Shown: positions 29,243-39,205 of the stretch, in pieces
How the letters are laid out: each line of letters opens with the position of its first letter
Position numbering within the stretch: the first letter of the stretch is position 1
NCBI GenBank assembly: GCA_023659895.1
Contig: JAGXOL010000002.1
Coordinates: 4,388 to 68,387, forward strand
From: Candidatus Aenigmarchaeota archaeon LH_S7
GTDB taxonomy: Archaea > Aenigmatarchaeota > Aenigmatarchaeia > QMZS01
Reading direction: 5' to 3'
DNA: 64,000 bases
Position numbers and translations under genes: made by a program
Notes under the pieces: model-generated
What the model was told of the DNA's origin: nothing
Databases searched by the model: none
Seen by the model: only the letters and a program-made list of their open reading frames with translations

Positions 29243-29371
29243 TTAAAAAGAAGGAAAACCAATCGCCTTGGAAGTAAAGAAGAAAAGTATCATAAAAGCT
29301 ATAATGGAGCCTAAAACAACTGCGAGAACAAAATAAATTGGATAACCTGCAATTTGGGAATCCCCTCTCAT
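29243..29371 (-). CDS. 42-aa single-TM micro-protein with class III-like signal (not in ORF track)
   Basis: MRGDSQIAGYPIYFVLAVVLGSIIAFMILFFFTSKAIGFPSF* fills the tatD-ABCE1 gap on the same strand. Confidence 0.55.
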   Translation of the reverse strand: MRGDSQIAGYPIYFVLAVVLGSIIAFMILFFFTSKAIGFPSF

Positions 29372-29373
29372 AA

Positions 29374-30120
29374 TTATAAATTAAAAAACTTTATTGCATT
29401 ATTGGTTGTTGTTCTGTCTATTTCCTCAGATGTTTTCTTTTCCAACTGAGCTGTTTTCTCTATAACCTTTTTCACTGCCAAAGGAGTATTTCTTTCCCCA
29501 AACCCCATCCAAGGAGCATCTGTTTCAGTCATTATTCTTCCTGTTCCCAAAGTTTTCAGGATTTGCCTTACTCCCTTGCTTCTCAGAATCGCAGTGTTTA
29601 GGGAAACATAGTAGTTCGTGGTGGCAACTTCTTCCCTCAATTTCTGGTTTGAAAAAAAGTGTAACAAAACATTTTTTGCATTTTGTTCTTTCAGGATTTC
29701 CAAACATTCCTTTTCCGCTTTTCTGGAGTGGATTACTAAGGGTAGTTTTAATCTTTTTGCTAGTTTGATGTGGTCCAGAAAAAATTGTTTTTGCTTTTCC
29801 CTTAGTTTTTCATTTTTAATCCAGTGGTAATCTAAGCCACACTCCCCAATTCCAACCATCTTTTCTTTGTTTTCTTCCAGTTTTGCAAAATAATTTTCCT
29901 TTTCTTCTTCTGAAAATTCTTCAATATGTATTGGGTGTAATCCTGCAGTGAGGAAAACAAATCCTCTGTATTTTTCCACTAATTGTAAAGATAAATCTAA
30001 ATTTTTTGGATTTGCACAACAGGTAATTATTGCATCCATTTCCTTTCTGCAGTTCTCTATAAGTCCCTCTCTGTCTTTATCATAGTCTTGATTTTCCAGG
30101 TGGCAGTGGGAGTCTATCAT
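29374..30120 (-). CDS. tatD: TatD-family deoxyribonuclease
   Basis: IDSHCH, GLHP, GIGECGLD, IHSR, ETDAP. Confidence 0.95.
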   Translation of the reverse strand: MIDSHCHLENQDYDKDREGLIENCRKEMDAIITCCANPKNLDLSLQLVEKYRGFVFLTAGLHPIHIEEFSEEEKENYFAKLEENKEKMVGIGECGLDYHWIKNEKLREKQKQFFLDHIKLAKRLKLPLVIHSRKAEKECLEILKEQNAKNVLLHFFSNQKLREEVATTNYYVSLNTAILRSKGVRQILKTLGTGRIMTETDAPWMGFGERNTPLAVKKVIEKTAQLEKKTSEEIDRTTTNNAIKFFNL

Positions 30121-30138
30121 AAATTGTTAAATAAATAA

Positions 30139-30786
30139 TTAATAATCCAAACTAGGATGAGCTTTTCTGTCATCATAGAAGTAATGTTTTCCTTCCTCAA
30201 GGTAAGTTACTAAATCAGACATTTGCACGATTCTTTCTGGTGCAAATCTTCCAGTAAGAATCATGTGCACATTTTTCCTCTTTTCAATTAAAGAAATCAC
30301 ATCATCTTCCTTAACGAGCTTAAACTTTATTGCATAAAGAATTTCATCAAGGATTACAAGTTTGTACTTTTTTTCATTTATTATCTTGTTAGCAAATTCC
30401 ATTCCTTTCTTCGCTTTTTTCTGGTGTGCTTCGAAAGAGCAGGACTTTAAATTATTAGCAAGCTTGTCAGCAACAACTTTCTTGTTGTTTCCATTCCCAT
30501 TTTTCTTTCCAGTGAAAGAGTTTAGGGAAACATATTCTATCTTGCCCCCTTTAATCCATCCACCTAAAGTTGCCTGGAAGGTCATTAGGAAAAAAGGAGG
30601 TCCAAATAAGTGACTATCTATTAGCTTGTTTTTATCAAGAAATTTGAATTCTCCAGTCTTCCGTCCTTTCATGAAGTGGAGGGTTGCGGATTTCTTTCCA
30701 TAGCCAGAGAATCTTATTGCGTGTCCTATTGCCGCGCTTGTCTTTCCCTCACCATTCCCTGTATAAATAATAACTTTACCTTGCAT
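30139..30786 (-). CDS. cobO: Cob(I)yrinic acid a,c-diamide adenosyltransferase (CobO/BtuR)
   Basis: YTGNGEGKTSAA, FMKG, ILDEI, ILTGR, KHYF. Confidence 0.85.
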   Translation of the reverse strand: MQGKVIIYTGNGEGKTSAAIGHAIRFSGYGKKSATLHFMKGRKTGEFKFLDKNKLIDSHLFGPPFFLMTFQATLGGWIKGGKIEYVSLNSFTGKKNGNGNNKKVVADKLANNLKSCSFEAHQKKAKKGMEFANKIINEKKYKLVILDEILYAIKFKLVKEDDVISLIEKRKNVHMILTGRFAPERIVQMSDLVTYLEEGKHYFYDDRKAHPSLDY

Positions 30787-30828
30787 AATAAATAAATTCT
30801 ATCTTAAAAGTTTTAGGATTTATAGCTT

Positions 30829-32115
30829 TTATGCTGTCTTTTGTATATTTTCTATGAAATATTTTACAAACTCTTCTTCCTTATTTTTGGGAATTTTTCC
30901 TCCTGCTGCTTGTTTGTGACCTCCTCCACTTCCCCCAACTTTCTCACATATATCAGTTAGAATCTTGTCCAAATCTATTTCCCTTTTCGCTCTTGCTGAG
31001 ATTTTCGTGTTTTCTCCTTCCCTTGCCAAGCCCACAACAACCTTTTTTTCCGCAAAAGTGTTAATGAAAATTGAGATTATTGTCCCTATCATGTTTGGGT
31101 CTATATTTTCCTTCGCATTTATGAAAAGAGCATCATTAAATTCCTGGAAATTTTTTATGTTTTTGTTGGTCCAGCTCAAATAATCAGCTATTTTTCTTCT
31201 GTATTCTTTTAAAACATCTTCCAAAATATCAAGATTCCCTTTCATCATTTCAAGAGCTTCATCATATTTCTCTGATCTACCAAAAGCATTAAGAATTGTG
31301 GAATACTCAAGAGCATCAATAAGTTTTCTTGATTGATAAGGAAGCAAGTAAATTTCAGAGAAAACATCATTGTGTTCTCCAAAATCATTTCTTATTCTTT
31401 CCTTAATTATTTCTAAGACAAGTCTTCCTTTCTCTTCTTTTGTTAAATCATAATAGCTTTTTAGTCTTCCATTTCCTACCAAGTCAATATCTAAATCAGA
31501 GAGAAATTGCACAACCTCAGAATGATTGTTTAGAGGGAACATGCTTGAGTTTCTTAAAGATTCGTGGAGTGGTCTGTTAACATGACCAAATATTTTCAAT
31601 CCCTTTTCAACTTTCAATCTTCCCAGCTTCTTTGCTTTTTCCTTGATTTTCAGGTTTTCTCCAACATTTAATTGGTTATCCCCTATTGAACCAACAACAG
31701 CATAGTCTATTAAGTCCTGGTTATTTCCCAATTTGGAAGCGAATAAATAACAAATTCCTGCACCACAAAGTTCTTTTTCCTCATTAATAGGGTTTATCTG
31801 GATTATGTTTTCAGGGACTTCAATTTCTTCCATGGTGTGATGGTCCAAAATAATAATTTTTCCTTCTTTGGGTAGCATGCTCAAATATCCAGAGCCCAAG
31901 TCAGAAAAAATTGTCAAATCCTTTTCTATTGGCTCTATTTCTTTAATTATTTCTTCTGATAGTTCCTTTGCAATTTTTATTTTTATTTCTTTTCCTTCCC
32001 TTTCCAAAGCTGTAGAAAGGATTTTAGCGGAACAAAGACCATCACAATCATAGTGTGATACAATTAAAATTTTATTTGCTTTTTTTGCTTCTTCCAAGGC
32101 CTTAGTAAAATCCAT
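30829..32115 (-). CDS. RecJ-like DHH/DHHA1 exonuclease
   Basis: HYDCDG, DLGSG, LDHH, GGGHKQAAG. Confidence 0.9.
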   Translation of the reverse strand: MDFTKALEEAKKANKILIVSHYDCDGLCSAKILSTALEREGKEIKIKIAKELSEEIIKEIEPIEKDLTIFSDLGSGYLSMLPKEGKIIILDHHTMEEIEVPENIIQINPINEEKELCGAGICYLFASKLGNNQDLIDYAVVGSIGDNQLNVGENLKIKEKAKKLGRLKVEKGLKIFGHVNRPLHESLRNSSMFPLNNHSEVVQFLSDLDIDLVGNGRLKSYYDLTKEEKGRLVLEIIKERIRNDFGEHNDVFSEIYLLPYQSRKLIDALEYSTILNAFGRSEKYDEALEMMKGNLDILEDVLKEYRRKIADYLSWTNKNIKNFQEFNDALFINAKENIDPNMIGTIISIFINTFAEKKVVVGLAREGENTKISARAKREIDLDKILTDICEKVGGSGGGHKQAAGGKIPKNKEEEFVKYFIENIQKTA

Positions 32116-32154
32116 GTAATTAATATATCTAAAATTCTTTATTTATTTATAATT

Positions 32155-32598
32155 ATGATTATGGAAGCTTTGATGATTTCAGGAGTTGCCATAGGTGCAT
32201 CTTTAGCACAAACCTTGATACAGAAAAGAGTGATGGATGTGGACTTAGTTAAATCTCTAAAAGCAGATGTTAAAAAGCTGAATAAAGAGATGAAAAATCA
32301 CAGGCAAGACACAAAGAAAACCAATGAGTTGATGAAGAAAAGTTTTGAGGCACAAAAGAAAATGATGAAGCACACCATGAAACCAACCATAATATCAAGT
32401 GTTGTTGTTTTGCTTACTATTATTACCTTAGGATTCTTTTTCGGATTACCTATTTTAACTGGAGAATATAATCTTTATTTTACAATGCCTTTCTCTCTTC
32501 CTTTCATAGGCACACAGATGCCATGGATAGGTATCTTTATTGTAGTAATTACTATTTCCTCCTTCATTTTCAGGAAAGTTTTTGATGTAGGCATGTAA
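32155..32598 (+). CDS. DUF106 / EMC3-TMCO1 (Oxa1 superfamily) membrane protein
   Basis: TM, coiled coil, MKHTMKP, TM, W...I...RK pattern. Confidence 0.8.
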   Translation: MIMEALMISGVAIGASLAQTLIQKRVMDVDLVKSLKADVKKLNKEMKNHRQDTKKTNELMKKSFEAQKKMMKHTMKPTIISSVVVLLTIITLGFFFGLPILTGEYNLYFTMPFSLPFIGTQMPWIGIFIVVITISSFIFRKVFDVGM

Positions 32599-32659
32599 TT
32601 CGAAGGTTTCAGAGTGCGATTTCAGAATCTCCCAACTTTAATAGTGAAGAGTGTCAATT

Positions 32660-35143
32660 ATGGAGGGTTTAACTCAATCGCAAGTAAATGAAAGATTAGC
32701 TGTTTATGGCAAAAATAAAATAAAGCAAGTTAAAAAATTAAACCCTTTCAAAATCTTTATTCAGCAATTCACTTCTCCTGTTGTGTTAATTTTGTTGGCA
32801 GCTGCTATTGTGTTATATTTTGTTAGTATTTTCGATCCTGCAAGTGCTAATCTATCAGAAATTTTGTTGATATTGGCGATTGTTTTGTTTAGTGGTATTT
32901 TCGGTTTTATTCAGGATTACAAAGCTGAAAGGAGCATAGAGGCATTGAAAAAACTTTCCACACCCACTGCAATAGTTATTCGTGGTGGAAAGCAAAAACA
33001 AATCTCAAGCAGGGATATTGTTCCAGGGGACCTTTTGATGTTAGAAGAAGGTAATATGATTCAAGCTGATGCTGAGATTGTTGAGGGAGAATTAAATGTT
33101 GATGAATCTATTCTAACTGGGGAGAGTAAAGCTGTAAAGAAAAAGAAAGGGGATAAGATTTATTCTGGTTGTCCAATCTTGAAGGGAAGAGCCAAAGCAC
33201 AGGTAACTAACATAGGGATGCAAACCAAGATAGGAAAATTAGCGGAAAAGATGCAGGAGATAAAAGAGGACAGAACACCTTTTCAGAAACAGATGCAAAG
33301 ATTTTCCAGGAAGATTAGTCTTTACACTGTTTTATTGATAATTGTAATTTTTGTTATAGGTTACTTTAAGTTTGGAATGTGGGATTCTTTCTTGTTTGCT
33401 GTTTCCTTAGCAATAGCTGCAATTCCTGAGGGTTTACCAGCAGTAACTACATTGTCTTTGTCTTTGGGAGCAAAGGAAATGGTAAGGAAAAATGTTTTGA
33501 TAAGGAAGCTTGGTGTAACAGAATCCATTGGAACTGTGAATATAATTTGCAGTGATAAAACTGGAACAATAACAGAAGGTAAGATGAGGGTTAGGGAGTT
33601 CTTTTTTGATAAAGAAATTGAGGCAGGAGAAATGGAAAATGAAACGGCTTTGAGAATTATTAATTTTTGTAATAATGCAAAGAAAGTTTTCAGGAGAGGA
33701 AAAGAAATTTTTGTTGGTGATGAAACAGAGATTGCTTTGAAAGAATTTTCCAAAGGAAAAATTAAAGAAGAATTTCAAAGGACTGATGAGATTCCTTTCT
33801 CAAGTAAGAGAAAGATGATGAGTGTTATTGGTAAGGTAGATAAAGATAAATATGTTTTGAGTAAAGGTGCTCCTGAAGTGTTGATAGAGAAGTGTAATAG
33901 GTATTTAAAAAATGGGAAAATTGAGAAATTAACATTTAAGAAGAAGGTAGACCTTCTTCACAAGAATCAGGAACTTGCAAAGAAAGGTAGGAGAGTTCTT
34001 GCTTTAGCTTATAAGAAACAACCAAAATCTGAAAGATTGATGGAAGAGAATCTGGTTTGGGCTGGATTGGTTTCTTTGGCTGATCCTCCTAGGGAAGAGG
34101 TTAAAGGATCTATCAAGGAGTGCCAGGATGCAGGGATAAGAGTAATTATGGTTACTGGGGACCACCCAGACACTGCCTTGGCTGTTGCAAATGAAATTGG
34201 TATTGATGGTGAGAGAGTTATTACAGGGAAAGATGTTAAGGAGATGAATGATATACAATTGAAAAAAGAATTGGAGCTTGTGAATGTATTTGCAAGAGTT
34301 AACCCAATGCACAAGTTAAGGATTTTGAAAATTTTGCAGAAGAGAGATAACATTGTAGGTATGACTGGGGATGGAGTTAATGATTCTCTTGCTTTGAAGA
34401 AAGCTGATGTAGGGATATCTATGGGAATTAAAGGAACTGAGGTTGCTAAGCAAGCCAGTGATATTGTATTGCTTGATGATAATTTTGCTACAATAAAGAG
34501 TGCTGTTGCAGAAGGGAGGAGAATTTTTGATAATATCAAGAAATTTGTTAACTATTTGTTTTCGTGTAATTTTGCTGAGGTTAGCGTAATTTTACTAGCA
34601 ACTTTGTTTTTCACGCTTCAGGAACCTATCTTGTTGCCTTTCCAGATTTTGTGGATAAACTTGTTAACAGATGGGATGCCTGCGGTAGCTTTAGGTATTG
34701 ACCCTACTACTAGAAATGTAATGAAAAGGGAGCCAAAGGAAAAAGGTGAGCCTATCATAGACAAGAAATTAAAAGAATTTATTGGCTCAATAGGTATCAG
34801 TATGTCTATCTTGTTGATTGCAGTGTTTTTGTTCTTGCTTCCTTTGGGTGAGATAATTGCAAGAACTGCATTATTCACAGGATTTATTATCTTTGAATTT
34901 TCTCGTATAGGTATAATAAGATACCAGGAAAAAATGAACTTCTTTGCGAACAAGTGGCTGGTTATAGCTCTGGTTATTTCTTTGTTACTTCAATTAACTA
35001 TAATTTATACACCATTGAATTCAATTTTTGCTGTGGTTCCTTTGGGGCTTTACGAGTGGTGTGTGATATTGGGAGGTATGCTAATAAACTTGATAGCAGG
35101 AATATTGATTACTAAATTCATTATCAGAAAGCAAAGGATTTAA
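32660..35143 (+). CDS. P-type cation-transporting ATPase (type II, Ca2+-like)
   Basis: LTGES, PEGLP, DKTGT, TGDH, GDGVND. Confidence 0.95.
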   Translation: MEGLTQSQVNERLAVYGKNKIKQVKKLNPFKIFIQQFTSPVVLILLAAAIVLYFVSIFDPASANLSEILLILAIVLFSGIFGFIQDYKAERSIEALKKLSTPTAIVIRGGKQKQISSRDIVPGDLLMLEEGNMIQADAEIVEGELNVDESILTGESKAVKKKKGDKIYSGCPILKGRAKAQVTNIGMQTKIGKLAEKMQEIKEDRTPFQKQMQRFSRKISLYTVLLIIVIFVIGYFKFGMWDSFLFAVSLAIAAIPEGLPAVTTLSLSLGAKEMVRKNVLIRKLGVTESIGTVNIICSDKTGTITEGKMRVREFFFDKEIEAGEMENETALRIINFCNNAKKVFRRGKEIFVGDETEIALKEFSKGKIKEEFQRTDEIPFSSKRKMMSVIGKVDKDKYVLSKGAPEVLIEKCNRYLKNGKIEKLTFKKKVDLLHKNQELAKKGRRVLALAYKKQPKSERLMEENLVWAGLVSLADPPREEVKGSIKECQDAGIRVIMVTGDHPDTALAVANEIGIDGERVITGKDVKEMNDIQLKKELELVNVFARVNPMHKLRILKILQKRDNIVGMTGDGVNDSLALKKADVGISMGIKGTEVAKQASDIVLLDDNFATIKSAVAEGRRIFDNIKKFVNYLFSCNFAEVSVILLATLFFTLQEPILLPFQILWINLLTDGMPAVALGIDPTTRNVMKREPKEKGEPIIDKKLKEFIGSIGISMSILLIAVFLFLLPLGEIIARTALFTGFIIFEFSRIGIIRYQEKMNFFANKWLVIALVISLLLQLTIIYTPLNSIFAVVPLGLYEWCVILGGMLINLIAGILITKFIIRKQRI

Positions 35144-35371
35144 AAATCGTTATGAGCGTGAAGAATATTTGAAAGACCCAGAATGTTTTAATGTCAAGGA
35201 TTTCTGAGATTGAGGGTAAATCAAAAAAGACAGAAATATATGAGAAACTAAAAGAAATTCTTCCGAAGAAAGGTGATGAAAAAATAAGATATATTAGTAA
35301 ATTAAAAAGAGGAGTAGAAATTCTTAGACAATTAGAGAAAATATAAGTATGGTGACCTCGCCTCTCTCTAT
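35143..35371 (+). pseudogene. Decayed paralogue of the 3' half of the 35418..35879 gene
   Basis: Shared blocks TGTTTTAATGTCAAGG, TTCTTCC...GGTGAT, TTAAAAAGAGGA, AAGTATGGT...CCTCTCTCTA. Confidence 0.7.
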
Positions 35372-35417
35372 TTTATTTGAAATATTATTAATCTAAAAAA
35401 TTTATTTTAATTATTTT

Positions 35418-35879
35418 ATGGTAACAATAGAAAAAAGAGCGAGAGAGTCATTTGAATTGGGGTATTCCACAAGAAAGACTTATGAGACTCTCTCTAAAGA
35501 AGGGATTAAAAGACACCCTAAGACAATTGAAGGATATTACGCTGCTTGGGAAGGAGGGTTTAAAAATCATTCTGAGTACAGAAAATATTTAAAAGACCTA
35601 GATTTCAAAGAAATTTACAATTCAAGTAATGGATTAGATGGGGCAGAAGAAGACAATCCCTATGTTTTAATGTCAAGGTTTTTAGATAGGAAGGATGAAT
35701 TAGAAAGTGAGGGAAAAGGAGTTGAAGAAATAAGGGGAACAGAAGAATACGATAAACTAGAAGAATTTCTTCCAAAGGAGGGTGATAAAAGAATAAGTTA
35801 TCTTAGAGAATTAAAAAGAGGATTAGAAATCCTAAACAAGCAGGGAAAAATAAAGTATGGTAATCTCACCTCTCTCTAA
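35418..35879 (+). CDS. Hypothetical protein, possible N-terminal HTH
   Basis: 153-aa ORF; GYSTRKTYETL...HPKTIEGYY is HTH-like (inference). Confidence 0.55.
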   Translation: MVTIEKRARESFELGYSTRKTYETLSKEGIKRHPKTIEGYYAAWEGGFKNHSEYRKYLKDLDFKEIYNSSNGLDGAEEDNPYVLMSRFLDRKDELESEGKGVEEIRGTEEYDKLEEFLPKEGDKRISYLRELKRGLEILNKQGKIKYGNLTSL

Positions 35880-35880
35880 A

Positions 35881-36015
35881 GTTCACGTGAAATTCATCCA
35901 ACTGTATTTGTAGGGACACCTTTGTTTCACGTGGAGAATTTAGGTTCACTAAAGTTCACGTAAAAATTTGGGGTTTAGAGGGTTTATAAAGCAAAATTTT
36001 GATGTTCACATGAAT
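35881..36015. promoter_or_regulatory. Cluster of TTCAC(G/A)TGAA-like palindromic boxes (operator or ORB-like)
   Basis: GTTCACGTGAAAT 35881, GTTTCACGTGGAG 35924, GTTCACGTAAAAAT 35954, GTTCACATGAAT 36004. Confidence 0.5.
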
Positions 36016-36076
36016 TCGACAAATGAGGGTGTAAATTTCAACAATAAAAGTTCATACATTTTATATAAGATTATTT

Positions 36077-36793
36077 ATGGATCACAGATTCTATGACCTG
36101 CATGTCAGGTTCTCGGAAAATTGGGAAGAGATCATTAAAAGAGCTGAGTATATAGGTTTGAGTGGGGTTTGCTTGGTTGTTAGTTCAAAGGAAGATTTGA
36201 GAAATTATTTTAATGTAGTTAAGGAAATTAAAAAAAACACTAGCTTGGATGTTGTTGAAGGTATTCTAATTGAAGAAGAAAATGATAATATAGTTAAGTT
36301 TGCGAAAAAATACAGGAAAGAGTTTGAATTAGTTTTGGTTAAAGGGGGTGATTACGAAATTAACAGGAGTGCTTGCTCCTGCGAGTATGTGGATATTTTA
36401 TCTGTGCCAGGACAGGGTAGGAAGGATTCTGGTATAGATCATATTTGTCTGAGAGATGCTAAGGAGAAAGGGGTTCTGATAGAACTTAAATTCAATGAAC
36501 TTTTGAGGGCTCAGGGAATGGATAAGATTAGGGAAATAAAAAAGATGAAAGAGATTATAAGATTGTGTACTAAAATGAAAGCACATTTCATTGTGAATTC
36601 TGGTGCTGAGAATAAATGGGAACTAAGGCAAGGACGTGATCTATCTTCTTTAAGTTACTGCTTGGGTGCGAATCAGGAAGAAGCATTGTATTCGGATTAT
36701 GCAGAAAAATTAATCCAAAAAAACAGGGAGAAAATTTCTCAGCCTTTGAAAGGTGTTGAAATAAGAGGTGATTTGAAAGATTATGAGAGATAG
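36077..36793 (+). CDS. rnp3: Ribonuclease P protein subunit Rpp30
   Basis: FYDLHV, GGDYEINR, VDILS, GIDH, NSGA...WELR. Confidence 0.9.
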   Translation: MDHRFYDLHVRFSENWEEIIKRAEYIGLSGVCLVVSSKEDLRNYFNVVKEIKKNTSLDVVEGILIEEENDNIVKFAKKYRKEFELVLVKGGDYEINRSACSCEYVDILSVPGQGRKDSGIDHICLRDAKEKGVLIELKFNELLRAQGMDKIREIKKMKEIIRLCTKMKAHFIVNSGAENKWELRQGRDLSSLSYCLGANQEEALYSDYAEKLIQKNREKISQPLKGVEIRGDLKDYER

Positions 36794-37139
36794 ACCTAAA
36801 ACTTTGCCTTTATCATACAGGGAAAAAAAGAGATATATTACTTTTGAAATTCTTTCAGATAACAAGATAGAGATTGAGGAACTAATAAAATCTGTTTGGA
36901 GTCAAACAATTAATTTTATTGGTGTGTTAGGTGTTGCAAGAACTAATCTGAAGTTCCTGAATGATATATACGACGAAAGAAAGCAGAGGTTTGTTGTTAG
37001 GTGTTCACCTAAAGATGTTGAGTTTGTTAGGTTGGCTCTTGCATTGGTTAGTGAGATAAATGAGAAGAGGGTTGTTTTGAGGAGCTTGGGTGTAACTGGA
37101 ACATTGAAGTCTGCTAAGATTAAGTATTTTGGTTCATAG
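36783..37139 (+). CDS. rnp2: Ribonuclease P protein subunit Pop5
   Basis: LPLSYREKKRYITF, LGVTGTLKSA. Confidence 0.92.
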   Translation: MRDRPKTLPLSYREKKRYITFEILSDNKIEIEELIKSVWSQTINFIGVLGVARTNLKFLNDIYDERKQRFVVRCSPKDVEFVRLALALVSEINEKRVVLRSLGVTGTLKSAKIKYFGS

Positions 37140-37167
37140 AGCTATAATTAAAAATTTAAGATAATTT

Positions 37168-38073
37168 ATGGCTGAAACATATGTGATAGGGCACAAGAAT
37201 CCTGATACAGATTCTATCTGCTCTGCTATTACTTATTCTCACTTCTTGAAACTGAATGGTAGGGAAGTAAAGCCTGCAAGAGTTGGAGAAATTAATTCTG
37301 AAACAAAGTTTGTCTTGGAGAAGTTTGGGTATGAAAAGCCTGAATTGATTGAGGATGGTACTAGAAAAAGATTTATTTTAGTTGACCACAATGAAGAGGG
37401 TCAAAGAGTCAGTGGAGATTATGAAATCTTGGAGATTATTGATCATCACAAGTTTGATTTCTCATCTTCTAATCCAATTTTTATTTTGAATAAACCTATT
37501 GGATCAACCTGCACGATTATTGCTGAGATGTTTTTTGAGAATGAGTTAGATATTCCTAAAGATATAGCAGGCTTGCTTTTGTCTGGTATTTTATCTGATA
37601 CTGTGATTTTCAAGTCTCCAACAACTACAGAAAAGGATAAGGAAATTGCTGAGAGATTGAACAAGATTGCAGACTTGAATTTGGTTGAACATGGTAAGGA
37701 GATGAAGAAGAAAGGTGCAGAGATTGAGGGGGTTTCAATGAAAGAATTAATTTTGAGGGACTCTAAGGAATATGATTTCAATGGTAAAAAGGTTTGTATT
37801 GGTCAGTTGGAACTGGTTGATACTGAAGAGTTTTTAACTCGTAAAGAAAAAATTTTTGAAACTATGAAATCTATTAAGGAAGAAAAAAGTTATGATTCAT
37901 TGGTTTTTGCGGTTACTGATGTTATGAAAGAAGGTTCCACTTTGTTTTGTCTAGGTGAAGAAGAAAATGTTGGGAAAGCTTTTGAAACTGATTTAAGTTC
38001 AGGTAAGGCTTATCTTGAGGGGGTAATGTCAAGGAAAAAGCAAATTGTACCTGCTTTGGAGAAAGTTTTTTAA
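37168..38073 (+). CDS. ppaC: Mn-dependent inorganic pyrophosphatase (family II)
   Basis: GHKNPDTDS, LVDHN, IDHH, SRKKQ. Confidence 0.96.
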   Translation: MAETYVIGHKNPDTDSICSAITYSHFLKLNGREVKPARVGEINSETKFVLEKFGYEKPELIEDGTRKRFILVDHNEEGQRVSGDYEILEIIDHHKFDFSSSNPIFILNKPIGSTCTIIAEMFFENELDIPKDIAGLLLSGILSDTVIFKSPTTTEKDKEIAERLNKIADLNLVEHGKEMKKKGAEIEGVSMKELILRDSKEYDFNGKKVCIGQLELVDTEEFLTRKEKIFETMKSIKEEKSYDSLVFAVTDVMKEGSTLFCLGEEENVGKAFETDLSSGKAYLEGVMSRKKQIVPALEKVF

Positions 38074-38362
38074 TAGTAAAATAAAATTTTAGGGTAGTGG
38101 TTTTGACGCGTATGACAAGAGTTTCTCCATTTCTTTTTCCTTTTCTTTGTCAGTATAAAACAGTCCCATTGCAAGTCTAACATCGTCAACAGGGTGAGTT
38201 AAAACATACTCTACCATTTCTTGTCTCGTTTCTTCTGTAACTTCAATATCTGAGAAGTCCTTATCTAATATCTCTTTTTTGGTATAATCTCTTAAATCTT
38301 TTTTGAAATAACCTTTTAAACGTTCTAATATAATATTATATATTCTTAAAAAAAAGAAAAGA

Positions 38363-38914
38363 TTAAAAGGATTTATATTTACTAGTCTCTTCTTTAAAAG
38401 CTTCTGATTTTGATTTTAGGATTTCCAGACTTTTCTTCAAAATATCTTTTTCTGATAAATAAGAGCAACTCTCTACAGTTAAATTAATTTTTTGGGGAGT
38501 TTTGTATTTGTACTTAACTATTGCTGGTTGCCACTTTGAGTGCTCTTTTCCTATTCCCTCCTTAACTTTCGCACTTAGGTTCAATTTTTGATTCTCCAAG
38601 AGTTCATCAATAGGGATTTTCTTGTTTGGGATTTCTATATTTCCATCTGTTTCAAAATCTCCGGATAAAACAGTTTTAGGGCCTTCTACTTGTAATTTTA
38701 CAGTGCCTTCACCTTTTACAGGTATTAAACCTAGTCTGTTAGCCAAAATTTCATCCTGAAGAGCAGAATTGTTTTCCTTTATAAACACATCCTCTATTGC
38801 TGTTAATGGAATCTCACTGAGCATTATCCTTCTCAGGGCATTGGCAAAGTTAGGTGTTGAATCTTTTAATTCCATCTCCAATTTACCCTTAAATTCTTTA
38901 GTACTAATTTCCAT
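38363..38914 (-). CDS. rpoD: RNA polymerase subunit D (Rpo3)
   Basis: FANALRR...EIP, NNSAL.DEILANRLGLIP, GKEHSKW. Confidence 0.93.
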   Translation of the reverse strand: MEISTKEFKGKLEMELKDSTPNFANALRRIMLSEIPLTAIEDVFIKENNSALQDEILANRLGLIPVKGEGTVKLQVEGPKTVLSGDFETDGNIEIPNKKIPIDELLENQKLNLSAKVKEGIGKEHSKWQPAIVKYKYKTPQKINLTVESCSYLSEKDILKKSLEILKSKSEAFKEETSKYKSF

Positions 38915-38977
38915 TAATTATTTAATTTGGAAATTTTTATATTGTGATTATATAACAATGTTATAATTTAGACATTT

Positions 38978-39187
38978 TTATTTTGGGACTGATGGTACTT
39001 CTTCCTTAGGTGTAAAAATCTTTGGTGTTGGTGGTCCTCCTGTAGTGGATTCGGTAGAAGCGTTCAACTCTGGACCTGTTGTATTGTTTATATCTGCGCC
39101 ACCCTGAAATTGTTGGGTGCAACCACCGATCAAAATTACTCCGACAAGGAACAAACAAACCACCCAAATACCTAATTTGTTTTTCAT
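38978..39187 (-). CDS. Small lipoprotein
   Basis: Signal peptide ending IGGC, Thr/Pro-rich tail. Confidence 0.6.
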   Translation of the reverse strand: MKNKLGIWVVCLFLVGVILIGGCTQQFQGGADINNTTGPELNASTESTTGGPPTPKIFTPKEEVPSVPK

Positions 39188-39205
39188 TCTCCACCCCATA
39201 AAAAT

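Noticed and set aside
33361..34953. Long antisense ORFs within the P-type ATPase (and similar ones in lig, ths, secD)
   Set aside because: Typical shadow frames of strongly biased coding strands
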